Virus record (IMG/VR): IMGVR_UViG_3300027708_000002
Strand: one strand, 5' to 3'
Length of the DNA: 64,000 nt
DNA from: an uncultured virus (IMG/VR IMGVR_UViG_3300027708_000002)
Lineage: Duplodnaviria > Heunggongvirae > Uroviricota > Caudoviricetes
Positions 1 through 8,134 of the stretch are shown here, in pieces. Below the pieces are notes generated by a model. It saw only the letters and a list, made by a program, of their open reading frames with translations, made no database searches and was not told where the DNA came from. Within the stretch, counting starts at the first letter, position 1, and every line of letters starts with the position of its first letter. A program made the position numbers and the translations under genes.

Positions 1-19
1 ACCCCACCCCTAAAAAGAA

Positions 20-973
20 TCAGTCGTCCCAATCGCCAACTATGTCGCTCAAATCAGACTTCTCTTCCACCACAGGTGCGGCTTTCTTCGTAACCTTAAT
101 CGGCTCGGCTACGTCTTCAATGTCCACGGGGGCGGCTGGTTTCGGCGCGACCTTGGCAACGACCTTCTCGTATGCAGGGGCGTCTTCAGTCCGCATCAAC
201 TCACCCATGGGCAGGGCAGCTTTGGGTGCAGGGATTACACCGTCCATCTGAGACACGTTCAATGTGATCGCCTTAATGGTGTCGGGGTGGTTTTGCAACT
301 TGACTGCAATCGCCAACTCGTCGTCTTCCAAGGGGCGCACAGGGTTGAACACCAGCTTAGGGGTTGCGCTGTCAATATCAAAACGCATCTCCGTCAGGAC
401 AGAAATCGCAGGGGTGTTATATGCCTTGAGGTGGCGACCATACGCTTGCAGGGGCATCTTCTTGCCGTCTGCGTCACCAAACACGGATGTGGATGGTAGG
501 GTAATTTGATATACCTCACCCCTGTTCAACTCACCATCGAGCGCCACAGCAATACGTTGCTGGAAGCGGCAAGCGCGGCCTTCTCCTTGACCGGAACCCT
601 TGATGTGCTGCTTGCAGTCTTTGCAGAACTTAGCTTGGCGTTGATCTTCGGGTACTGCTTTGTCAGGAGATTGCGTATCACTAGACCAGCATGTGGGTTT
701 CATCTTCTGACCCTTGACATATGTACCTGCAAAGAACATACGGGACACGGGGGCAGCGTTAATCAGAATTACCTTCATGGAACGCTCTTCGCTCACACGA
801 ACTTCCTTGCCGTTAACGAACTCGCGGAAAGCACCGCCTTCAATACTGATGCGTCGATTACCACCACCGCTACTGCTACCAGCAAGGGTGTTTGTCAGGT
901 TATCTTCAATGCTGCCCATCAATGCGAGGGCTGCGTTACTAGGCTTACCAAAAAGGGTCATATCGTTACTCAT
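20..973 (-). CDS. putative single-stranded DNA-binding protein
   Basis: 317 aa with an acidic/aromatic C-terminus (DIVGDWDD) and a CxxC...C cluster; lies in the replication module. Confidence 0.55.
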   Translation of the reverse strand: MSNDMTLFGKPSNAALALMGSIEDNLTNTLAGSSSGGGNRRISIEGGAFREFVNGKEVRVSEERSMKVILINAAPVSRMFFAGTYVKGQKMKPTCWSSDTQSPDKAVPEDQRQAKFCKDCKQHIKGSGQGEGRACRFQQRIAVALDGELNRGEVYQITLPSTSVFGDADGKKMPLQAYGRHLKAYNTPAISVLTEMRFDIDSATPKLVFNPVRPLEDDELAIAVKLQNHPDTIKAITLNVSQMDGVIPAPKAALPMGELMRTEDAPAYEKVVAKVAPKPAAPVDIEDVAEPIKVTKKAAPVVEEKSDLSDIVGDWDD

Positions 974-987
974 CTTCGTTTCTCCTG

Positions 988-1269
988 TTACATATCTTCG
1001 TTAGGGTCATTGAAATCCAATTCAAGCTGAACTGGGGTTTTGGGGGCGCTATTACCTGCTCCCTCCGGCGCTTCCGGCGTCTCTTCAACGTTCTCGTCTG
1101 CATTGGCTAAAGCCGCTACAACTTTGGATACATTGAAGCGGTATGTGTTACCAATCTTCAAATACGTATCCTTAGTGATATGGCCTTGCCGTATCCAAGA
1201 ACGTATAGTCGATACCGAAACCGACAGATGTTTTGCCAACTCTTCTATTGGCACGTATGGCTCGTCCAT
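988..1269 (-). CDS. excisionase/MerR-like HTH DNA-binding protein
   Basis: IEELAKHLSVSVSTIRSWIRQG...IGNTYRF winged-HTH pattern. Confidence 0.75.
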   Translation of the reverse strand: MDEPYVPIEELAKHLSVSVSTIRSWIRQGHITKDTYLKIGNTYRFNVSKVVAALANADENVEETPEAPEGAGNSAPKTPVQLELDFNDPNEDM

Positions 1270-1688
1270 TACTTCCTCCGCACGGTTATGGTGTATTCGC
1301 TGTCCACGTTGAGTCCCGGTGGTAGCGTGTCAGGGTTGGCCTCAAGGAACTCTTTGAGGTTTGTTTGGTGTATGCGCTCATGCAGTAGTTGCGGCGCGTT
1401 GTGTTCAACGATGAACTTGTGCATGGACTCCCAGTCGTTTGTCCAGTAGTTTGTTTTGACAGTGCGGTAGAACAAGCCTTCGCCAGTACGTACGCTGTCC
1501 ACGTTTTGCTCCTTGCAGAACGCCAAAAGGGCAAACTTCACTTTGTCCATCTGAGCTTTGAGCTTTTTCTCTTCAGTCTCGTAGGCGACGCGCATCTCAT
1601 CGTGCTTAGCCCTCATCTTGAGGTAAACCTTAACTAGGGTTTCGGGAGGCACGGTTGTATCAGACGTACCAGTCATCTGCGCCTCCAT
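1269..1688 (-). CDS. conserved phage protein (coiled coil plus small domain)
   Basis: 139 aa ORF translationally coupled to its neighbours. Confidence 0.6.
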   Translation of the reverse strand: MEAQMTGTSDTTVPPETLVKVYLKMRAKHDEMRVAYETEEKKLKAQMDKVKFALLAFCKEQNVDSVRTGEGLFYRTVKTNYWTNDWESMHKFIVEHNAPQLLHERIHQTNLKEFLEANPDTLPPGLNVDSEYTITVRRK

Positions 1689-1950
1689 CTTCTACACTGT
1701 TAAGCGCGATAGCCAGCCCATATGCCTGTTTAGCCTGTTGCATGTAGTTCTCAAGGGGTACGCCGTAAGCAGACGCTGCGTCCGCCAAAAGCCTAGACAG
1801 CGCGGTAAGAATTAACGGAGGGGTAACCCCACCATCGGCTGAAACTCTACGTACCGCCTGTTTTATGGCGGTGTCCAGATCCCCTAAAACTTTGGCAGAT
1901 TTAATCAACTCTTCTGCACGGCGCATTTTATCGTCGGTGTTATCTTCCAC
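1660..1950 (-). CDS. hypothetical protein
   Basis: GTG at 1950 preceded by GGAGAGAACGAA; promoter immediately upstream. Confidence 0.55.
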   Translation of the reverse strand: MEDNTDDKMRRAEELIKSAKVLGDLDTAIKQAVRRVSADGGVTPPLILTALSRLLADAASAYGVPLENYMQQAKQAYGLAIALNSVEDGGADDWYV

Positions 1951-1981
1951 TTCGTTCTCTCCGTTGGTTAGTGAGGTGTTT

Positions 1982-2010
1982 ATTATAGTAGCAGTTTTTA
2001 ACTTACGCAA
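1982..2010 (-). promoter_or_regulatory. sigma70-like promoter
   Basis: TTGCGT-17 bp-TATAAT on the minus strand. Confidence 0.65.
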
Positions 2011-3541
2011 GTATTTCTTTGTAAAGATCAACTATTTTTGAGTGAACATCAATTTTGTTATCTAATAAGTTGTAAACGTGTCTTTCTACACCAGACCCCG
2101 CGAGCTGCACTACTGTAGATGGGTGTCGTTGGCCGGAGCGGTGTACCCGTGCATTAGCTTGGGCGTATGTTTCCAAGCTGGATGTTGGCCCCCACCATAC
2201 AACCGTGTTCGCTGCGGTAAGTGTTACGCCATGGGCAGCAGATTGGGGCTGAATCACCAGCACTCTCGGGTTGGGTGATTCTTGGAATCGTTTAAATATG
2301 TCCGTGCGTTTGTTGACTGGCACGTCCCCACTAATCACTTCGGTGGTGTACCCGTCGGCGTTAAGTTTCTCGTGCAAGATGCTGATGACATGCTTGAACG
2401 GTACAAATACCAATACCTTTTGGCTGGATTCGTCAATCACTTCGGTGAGCACGTTGTATCTGTTCTTGATGTCAAACTCTAAGGTTTCACCCGAATCGGA
2501 GTACACCGCGCCACAAGATATTTGCAGGAGCTTGGACATGTTCACTGCGGCGTTGACCGACGTGATCTCTTCCCCTGCGGCCTGAACTACCATTCTGCTC
2601 TTGAGCATGGTGTAGTAGCGTTCTTGTTGCTTGGTTAATTCGACGCGCCGTTTGGTGTATGTCATCTCGGGCAAGTCAAGGCACTCGTCCTTGGTGTATC
2701 GAATGGCGGGTTGCAGTGCCTCGTACACTGTTTTGGTAGCGGTCTCTTTGGCTATCCATTTGAAGTTAGTCAGCTTCAGCATGACTTGATCGCGGTAGGA
2801 TGTGAAGTATTTAGGTACTCCGTTCGGGTTGACCAGCTTAGCCAGCCCATACGCATCGAGAGGGGACTGCGCAGCGGGGGTGCCTGTCATCATCCAAAGC
2901 CATGTATCTGCCTTGACAAGGGAGTTGAGCACCTTCCAGCGTTTAGTCTGTACGTTCTTATAGGCGTTTGCCTCGTCGATCACAATCAAGTCAAACCCGC
3001 CATTGGCAATGTCCTCGGCTACGATTTCTACGCCGTCATAGTTGATGATCACAAACTCTGAGTTGCCGTTGATGATGGCCTTGCGCTTGTCCTTGGCCCC
3101 GTATGCGATGTCAACAGAGCGGTGCATAGCAAATTTAAATAGGTCAGCCCTCCATGCGGAATCCATAATGGACAGGGGGCATATCACCAGCACCCGATTG
3201 ACGCGCTTTTGCTTGAGTAAATAGTCTGCCGCCCAAATGACTGAGCCCGTTTTGCCTGTGCCTTGCTCGTTCAAACAAAACGCACGGCGGTTCATAGTGA
3301 GGAATGCGGAGGTTGTTTTCTGATGGTCAAACGGCTTGAACTGGCCGGGCCAGTCGTAGCGTCCCATGATGGGTGATGGCACGTTTTTTACACGTAGATT
3401 TCTGAGGACTTGTGCCTCGTCTAAGCCCCAATGCACTAGCACCTGATTGTTAGGCAGCACTTTGCTCTTAGGGATTACCGTTGTGATGCGGTGCGGGTTA
3501 CGCAGCGTCAGCAACAGCGCCTTGTTATCAATTATTTCCAA
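2003..3541 (-). CDS. SNF2-family DNA helicase
   Basis: NEQGTGKT (motif I), IVIDEAN (II), MTGTP (III), QANARVHRSGQ (VI); TTG start after GGAGAACGAA. Confidence 0.9.
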   Translation of the reverse strand: MEIIDNKALLLTLRNPHRITTVIPKSKVLPNNQVLVHWGLDEAQVLRNLRVKNVPSPIMGRYDWPGQFKPFDHQKTTSAFLTMNRRAFCLNEQGTGKTGSVIWAADYLLKQKRVNRVLVICPLSIMDSAWRADLFKFAMHRSVDIAYGAKDKRKAIINGNSEFVIINYDGVEIVAEDIANGGFDLIVIDEANAYKNVQTKRWKVLNSLVKADTWLWMMTGTPAAQSPLDAYGLAKLVNPNGVPKYFTSYRDQVMLKLTNFKWIAKETATKTVYEALQPAIRYTKDECLDLPEMTYTKRRVELTKQQERYYTMLKSRMVVQAAGEEITSVNAAVNMSKLLQISCGAVYSDSGETLEFDIKNRYNVLTEVIDESSQKVLVFVPFKHVISILHEKLNADGYTTEVISGDVPVNKRTDIFKRFQESPNPRVLVIQPQSAAHGVTLTAANTVVWWGPTSSLETYAQANARVHRSGQRHPSTVVQLAGSGVERHVYNLLDNKIDVHSKIVDLYKEILA

Positions 3542-3613
3542 TTCGTTCTCCGGTGCAGACGGCTTAACGGAGCGAAGTGGTGTCCCACTCGCTCTCGCTG
3601 CTATCGAACTTCT

Positions 3614-3642
3614 AATCTAACCCAACGCGCAGAGCACGTCAA
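3614..3642 (-). promoter_or_regulatory. sigma70-like promoter for the helicase
   Basis: TTGACG-17 bp-TAGATT, followed by a leader hairpin at ~3570-3594. Confidence 0.55.
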
Positions 3643-3935
3643 GCGGATTTTTTTCCGCCTTTTTCTTTTACGCTATGGCCGTTCCTTGCACGGTTCTTTG
3701 CAGGGGTAATGATGCGCAGCCCGTCCTTATTAGACCCACCCTTGGATAACATCTTTATGTGGTCAATGTCTTTGCCTTCACGCTTGTCGGCTGTACCGTT
3801 TCCGTTTTTGTCGGGGGAACTGGCATCAACTTTTCGACGGGCACGTTGACGTTCCATACGTTCGTCAAGCTCACCACGTTTCTTCTGCATTTCGTACTCG
3901 TGACGATAGGGTCTAGGACTTTTTGTATAAGGCAT
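3639..3935 (-). CDS. small HNH-like protein
   Basis: DIDHIKMLSKGGSN...NRARN; start MPYTK at 3935. Confidence 0.7.
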   Translation of the reverse strand: MPYTKSPRPYRHEYEMQKKRGELDERMERQRARRKVDASSPDKNGNGTADKREGKDIDHIKMLSKGGSNKDGLRIITPAKNRARNGHSVKEKGGKKSA

Positions 3936-4392
3936 GATCTGCCACCTTTCTGCACCAATCAATAAATTCGCCAAGTGGTGTGTCAATACGGAACTTGTTA
4001 AGCGCCGCGCACACCAGTTGCACATTATCCAGCGTATACGTACCTTTAGGGTCAATTCGGTCAATGCTAGCGTTGGTTTTACTCACAACCCCCTTCTGCA
4101 AAGCACATGTCAACTCAATGCCTGATAAGGCGCACTTCCCGTCTTGAGTAGTAAGAAGCCGCATCATCATGTCAGTGGTTAACCCTTCCCGTTTGAAACT
4201 GCGGGTGCATAGCCTATTAAAGTACCGTACCCAATTACCACTTACCCGCTCGTATTGCCGCTCCGTTAAACCTGACGCTGTAATAGGTCGGCATACCCGA
4301 GAACAGTACTTGTGGTTGTTATTGGTAGCCGCGAACTTAACCTCACAAGTGGGGCACACTCGCGTGTTACGTACGGGCTTACCTTTGGGCAT
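3913..4392 (-). CDS. Zn-finger/HNH-like endonuclease
   Basis: CPTC...YCSRVC N-terminus; QDGKCALSG...SIDRIDPKGTYTLDNVQLVC...N. Confidence 0.7.
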   Translation of the reverse strand: MPKGKPVRNTRVCPTCEVKFAATNNNHKYCSRVCRPITASGLTERQYERVSGNWVRYFNRLCTRSFKREGLTTDMMMRLLTTQDGKCALSGIELTCALQKGVVSKTNASIDRIDPKGTYTLDNVQLVCAALNKFRIDTPLGEFIDWCRKVADHALYKKS

Positions 4393-4394
4393 TA

Positions 4395-5072
4395 CTAACT
4401 CCTTCCGTTGTGTTGGCATGATAAAACAACGCAATGCTTTTTGCAAAGCCCAGACGTTTTAGGGTTCCACACGTCTGTCTCATAAGCTCTTTTCATGCGA
4501 CCGTGATCTCGTAACCATTTCTCCCATAGCTTGGGTTCATCTGATCTATCGTAGCTCGCCTTGGGGAACTGCTGAGCAATAACAAACAACAGCCCAGCCT
4601 TAACCCGCTTGACCTCGGGGAAGTGCTTGAACACCGCAAGTGCCATCATCTCAAGTTGCCCAGTGTCTGCGTACTTAGCACTCTTTCCGGTCTTGTAGTC
4701 CACTACTCGTGCAGTGCCGTCGTCTTCAAGGATGATCAAGTCAGCAATACCTCGCCACCAAACATCTGAATCCTTAAACCCACAAGGCTCTAAGTTTTCA
4801 GTCAGCCCCATCTCGTACTCACATAGCTTACGGCCCGGCCTCACCTTGAGGTTATCCAATGAACTCTTAGCGTATGTGAACTGTGGGGGCAGTGGGGTGT
4901 TGTCGCGTATGTAAAGTTCAGCCGCCTCATGAAAGGCGGTGCCGTATGTAAGGTGCTCTGCGTTCTGATCTTCTTGGAAGTCTTTAGCTACCTTCAGGTG
5001 GTAGAACTTCTTTGGGCATTGTTCAAACGTCTTGATCGACGAAAACGACCATGCCGGTATCTTAATTGTCAT
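4395..5072 (-). CDS. PD-(D/E)XK (Cas4/RecB-like) exonuclease
   Basis: WSFSSIKTFEQCP, GTAFH, GIADL...VVDYKTG, C-terminal C..HC....C. Confidence 0.85.
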   Translation of the reverse strand: MTIKIPAWSFSSIKTFEQCPKKFYHLKVAKDFQEDQNAEHLTYGTAFHEAAELYIRDNTPLPPQFTYAKSSLDNLKVRPGRKLCEYEMGLTENLEPCGFKDSDVWWRGIADLIILEDDGTARVVDYKTGKSAKYADTGQLEMMALAVFKHFPEVKRVKAGLLFVIAQQFPKASYDRSDEPKLWEKWLRDHGRMKRAYETDVWNPKTSGLCKKHCVVLSCQHNGRS

Positions 5073-5162
5073 CGTTAGATTCCGCTAAAAATAATTTGAT
5101 GGTGATGTACACAGACAGCGCTAAGGTCACGCCGCCAAGTGCTAATAGTAAAAAGATTTCAA

Positions 5163-5351
5163 TCATGTGTTCTTCTCCTTGAATGTGTCGATGCAAGAGC
5201 AGCCACGCTCCATGCAAGCGGGATCGAGTTCGGGAATGTGTTTATCAATGGCTTCGGCAACCTTTTGGCGCAACAGGCTGGGGCTTGCGTGGTATAGCAC
5301 AGCGATGTTCATCAGTTCTTCGACAAGCGGTTTGGATTGCTCGTATCTCAT
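5163..5351 (-). CDS. hypothetical protein
   Basis: ATGA-coupled small ORF. Confidence 0.5.
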   Translation of the reverse strand: MRYEQSKPLVEELMNIAVLYHASPSLLRQKVAEAIDKHIPELDPACMERGCSCIDTFKEKNT

Positions 5352-5659
5352 GTGTTCAACTCCCGCAACTTAGCCTCGATCTCCCTAATGCATTGCATCT
5401 GATAGGGTGATAGGTCGCCGTCCCAGCACTCTTCAATCTCTTTGTCTGTCAGCCTTACCCATGTGCGCTGTGGTGGGTAATTGTTGCGACTACAAGCAAC
5501 GCACTCATAAAGAATTTCTGCTTTGCATTCAGGGCATAAAGGGCGCTGAGGCCGTTCAAAGTAAGTTCGAATGACATGGTTCTCTTTTGTAGGGTCAATG
5601 ATTTCAACAAATGTTTTGCCCCATGCGGCCTTGGTTTCAATGACTTCATCTTCATTCAT
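5348..5659 (-). CDS. hypothetical protein with Zn ribbon and W-x-x-LT...IEAKLRELNT tail
   Basis: CPEC...CVAC; shared C-terminal module. Confidence 0.6.
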   Translation of the reverse strand: MNEDEVIETKAAWGKTFVEIIDPTKENHVIRTYFERPQRPLCPECKAEILYECVACSRNNYPPQRTWVRLTDKEIEECWDGDLSPYQMQCIREIEAKLRELNT

Positions 5660-5688
5660 GTGTTCAACTCCCGCAACTTAGCCTCGAT
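5348..5688. repeat. 33-bp exact direct repeat at gene ends (5348-5380 and 5656-5688)
   Basis: tcatgtgttcaactcccgcaacttagcctcgat occurs twice. Confidence 0.9.
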
Positions 5689-5901
5689 GTTCTGTATCCC
5701 CACAATGAAGTTGCCCTTCTTTAAAGTCTTCGCAAACTCCGTCACTTCATCAGCGGTTAGCCCTGACCAAGGGCGTGTACTTTCCGCTCTTAGTGCGGCT
5801 TTCTTCAGCGCTTTGTTCTCTGCCACAAGTTCGTTAATCTGATTAAGAACATCCTTCAGCATTTCAGAAGTCTCGTGGAGTGCCCTCATTGCGTCAGTCA
5901 T
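5656..5901 (-). CDS. hypothetical protein with W-x-x-LT...IEAKLRELNT tail
   Basis: ATGA coupling; shared C-terminal module. Confidence 0.6.
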   Translation of the reverse strand: MTDAMRALHETSEMLKDVLNQINELVAENKALKKAALRAESTRPWSGLTADEVTEFAKTLKKGNFIVGIQNIEAKLRELNT

Positions 5902-6194
5902 AGCAGTGCCTCCGGTACATCAAGTTGTGGTTTAGGTTGCTTACGGTTAAGTTGTCGTAACGCATCCCCAGTGGCGCGTGTGAAAGGCCACCACTCGTTC
6001 CACTTGATCTCTTTGGGCTTCTTGCGTTTTGTTTCTGCGTCAGTCATGTTTGCCCGTCTCCTTTTGTGGCAAAGTTTGCGTAATAAAGCGCACAGCAGTG
6101 TCGCCATCTTTTAGTAGCACCGTTATCGTTGCGGCTTGCAAGTCACTGCCGTAAATCAGCATCAGTGCTTCCATGATTCTTTGTGTCTCGTTGT

Positions 6195-6431
6195 TCATGC
6201 TTGTCCCCTTGCTCGGATGGCGGCGGCGCACTCTTTAGCCAAGTTGTATGGTGTACCGTCATCGGTTTCTTCGCACAACTTTGCACAGGCTTCGCGCTCC
6301 TCGTCAAGTAGCATTTTTATTTTGTCCCCATACATCGACACCACAATTGTCGGCAGGTTGATTGCTCGGGCGCGGTCGTACAAATCAATGTCTTCAGGGG
6401 TTAAGGTAACAATAACATCGTGCTCAATCAT
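6195..6431 (-). CDS. hypothetical protein, EREACA family
   Basis: EREACAKLC...AIRARGQA. Confidence 0.6.
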   Translation of the reverse strand: MIEHDVIVTLTPEDIDLYDRARAINLPTIVVSMYGDKIKMLLDEEREACAKLCEETDDGTPYNLAKECAAAIRARGQA

Positions 6432-6685
6432 GCTTGTCCCCTTGCTTTGATAGCATCAAGATTGTCAATACAAGCCGCCCATGCTGATTTTGCCGTCGGG
6501 TTTTGTTCAAGCCCAGCATACACATCAGCATGTTTCTTGCAAATTTCAGCACAGGCCTCGCGCTCGGCTTCGATTGCACTGTTAACTAACCGCAAAACCT
6601 CTTCGTCACAATCCATTAAACGTTTAAACGCAACAAGGTTTAGCTGTTGCTTGTGGAATAGTAGGTTGTATTCATCCCATGTCAT
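6428..6685 (-). CDS. hypothetical protein, EREACA family
   Basis: EREACAEIC...AIKARGQA. Confidence 0.6.
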   Translation of the reverse strand: MTWDEYNLLFHKQQLNLVAFKRLMDCDEEVLRLVNSAIEAEREACAEICKKHADVYAGLEQNPTAKSAWAACIDNLDAIKARGQA

Positions 6686-6924
6686 GCTTCACCTCTTGCT
6701 CGGATGGCATCCGCAATGATCTCAGAGTAGTTGCGTTCAGGCCCGTCAGCGTATTCGTCAGCCAACTTTGCACAGGCCTCACGCTCGGCAATGCAACAAG
6801 GTTTATTTGGTTGTTGCTCTCGTAAATCCATTAAGCTTTGTAGTCTTGCAACTCTTCGTTCCCAAATTTCGCGCTCTTTGGCGGCTGCTTGTATCGCTAT
6901 CTCAATGATTTCATCTTGTGTCAT
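6682..6924 (-). CDS. hypothetical protein, EREACA family
   Basis: EREACAKLA...AIRARGEA. Confidence 0.6.
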   Translation of the reverse strand: MTQDEIIEIAIQAAAKEREIWERRVARLQSLMDLREQQPNKPCCIAEREACAKLADEYADGPERNYSEIIADAIRARGEA

Positions 6925-7181
6925 GCGTTCTTCTCCCGCAGTCGCTCTTGCACCGCCGCCACTAGGTCAAACGGCGCGTCTTTCTTGTCAAGCATCAAGG
7001 ACATGCTCTCTTCGTCAGTCAGGTCTTTCCATCCATTTTTATACGCATACGACAAAGCATGTTGTAGTACGTCCTTGGCATGGCACAGCGCTTCTGTGGA
7101 CTCGCTCAACTGCATAGGGGTAGTTGCATCAAGCTCTAGCTTGATGGCTTCAATGGCAAATTTAATAGCTTCGATAATCAT
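6921..7181 (-). CDS. hypothetical protein with W-x-x-LT...ERLREKNA tail
   Basis: shared C-terminal module; ATGA coupling. Confidence 0.55.
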   Translation of the reverse strand: MIIEAIKFAIEAIKLELDATTPMQLSESTEALCHAKDVLQHALSYAYKNGWKDLTDEESMSLMLDKKDAPFDLVAAVQERLREKNA

Positions 7182-7378
7182 GTGGTCTCCTTGTCAAGTT
7201 CATATTCACGTTCTACGCGATCAATAGCTGCTTGCATGGCCTCCAACCTTTTGATGGCTTCAATCACTTCCTGCTTCTCCTTGACAGATAGCGTTCGTGA
7301 CGTTCGTAAACCATTTAAAGAGTTTAAGATGGACTCGATACTCATAATATCTCCTAAAAAATCCATCATAAAGGCCAC
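7178..7378 (-). CDS. hypothetical protein (true start may be internal, MSIES)
   Basis: coupled small ORF. Confidence 0.45.
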   Translation of the reverse strand: MAFMMDFLGDIMSIESILNSLNGLRTSRTLSVKEKQEVIEAIKRLEAMQAAIDRVEREYELDKETT

Positions 7379-7389
7379 TCGTTACTCTT

Positions 7390-7638
7390 CTAGCTATTCC
7401 TTCTTCTCAATTCGTTCTCGATTGCTCGGGCAAACGTTAAGTAAACATTACCGTTCGTTTGCTTGCGTACATCTTCTAGGATGTCCGAAATGTCTTTCTC
7501 TCTAAGCCCTTCCCACGGCCCTTTGCTGGCGGCTGTACTGGGCTTGACTTGGGTATAAAGTTTCTTACATTTGCTACACGCCCATTCCGATGAACGGTTA
7601 GCACTTACATCCACCCAAACGTGTTCATCACATGTCAC
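7390..7638 (-). CDS. hypothetical protein (Zn ribbon plus W-x-x-L tail)
   Basis: GTG at 7638 after GAGGAGGAG; CSKC; WEGLRE...ARAIENEL. Confidence 0.5.
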   Translation of the reverse strand: MTCDEHVWVDVSANRSSEWACSKCKKLYTQVKPSTAASKGPWEGLREKDISDILEDVRKQTNGNVYLTFARAIENELRRRNS

Positions 7639-7792
7639 TGTATTGCTCCTCCTCAACTCTGTTAGCGAGGGCATCGCGGAGTGCGTCAATAGCGTTGTCC
7701 ACAAAACCCTCATCGAATGACGGGAGCTTGTTAAACTCCCGCACAACCTCTAGCGCCTTAAGCGCTAGTTCGGCAGCTTCTTTCAGCTTCAC
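7628..7792 (-). CDS. small hypothetical protein (54 aa, not in ORF track)
   Basis: read by hand: MKLKEAAELALKALE...; GTGA overlap with the upstream ORF. Confidence 0.4.
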   Translation of the reverse strand: MKLKEAAELALKALEVVREFNKLPSFDEGFVDNAIDALRDALANRVEEEQYSDM

Positions 7793-7962
7793 GCGCGTTC
7801 GGACAGAATCCGCTCGGGGTCGCGCTTTGGCTCAGGAGCTTTCTCAGCCTTCTCGGGCTTAGCTTCTTGCTGTACCTTGACCTCAGCCGCTTTCTTTTCA
7901 TCAGCCTCGATGCGTTTGATTGGCTCTACTGGTGGTTTGTGACTTACTGATTCAATTCTCAT
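7789..7962 (-). CDS. small charged protein (57 aa, not in ORF track)
   Basis: read by hand: MRIESVSHKPPVEPIKR...; AGGAG upstream. Confidence 0.4.
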   Translation of the reverse strand: MRIESVSHKPPVEPIKRIEADEKKAAEVKVQQEAKPEKAEKAPEPKRDPERILSERA

Positions 7963-8134
7963 TTTCTAACTCCTGTAAAAATAAAATTACTGATCCCAAC
8001 TCTTCTGCCATCCTCCGCTGAACTATCGGGTTGCCCCGCCCCTTGGCGCTAGCCTCTAACAACTCAGCGGCTTTGGTCAGCGAATCAATCGCATGCCCCA
8101 ACCTCTCAATGTGTTCTGCTTTCATGGTTAACAA
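7952..8134 (-). CDS. hypothetical protein
   Basis: 60 aa ORF directly downstream of the polymerase. Confidence 0.45.
   Translation of the reverse strand: MLTMKAEHIERLGHAIDSLTKAAELLEASAKGRGNPIVQRRMAEELGSVILFLQELENEN

Noticed and set aside
988..1269. Excisionase as evidence of an integration module
   Set aside because: No integrase or att-like context in the window; such HTH proteins are common in replication modules.
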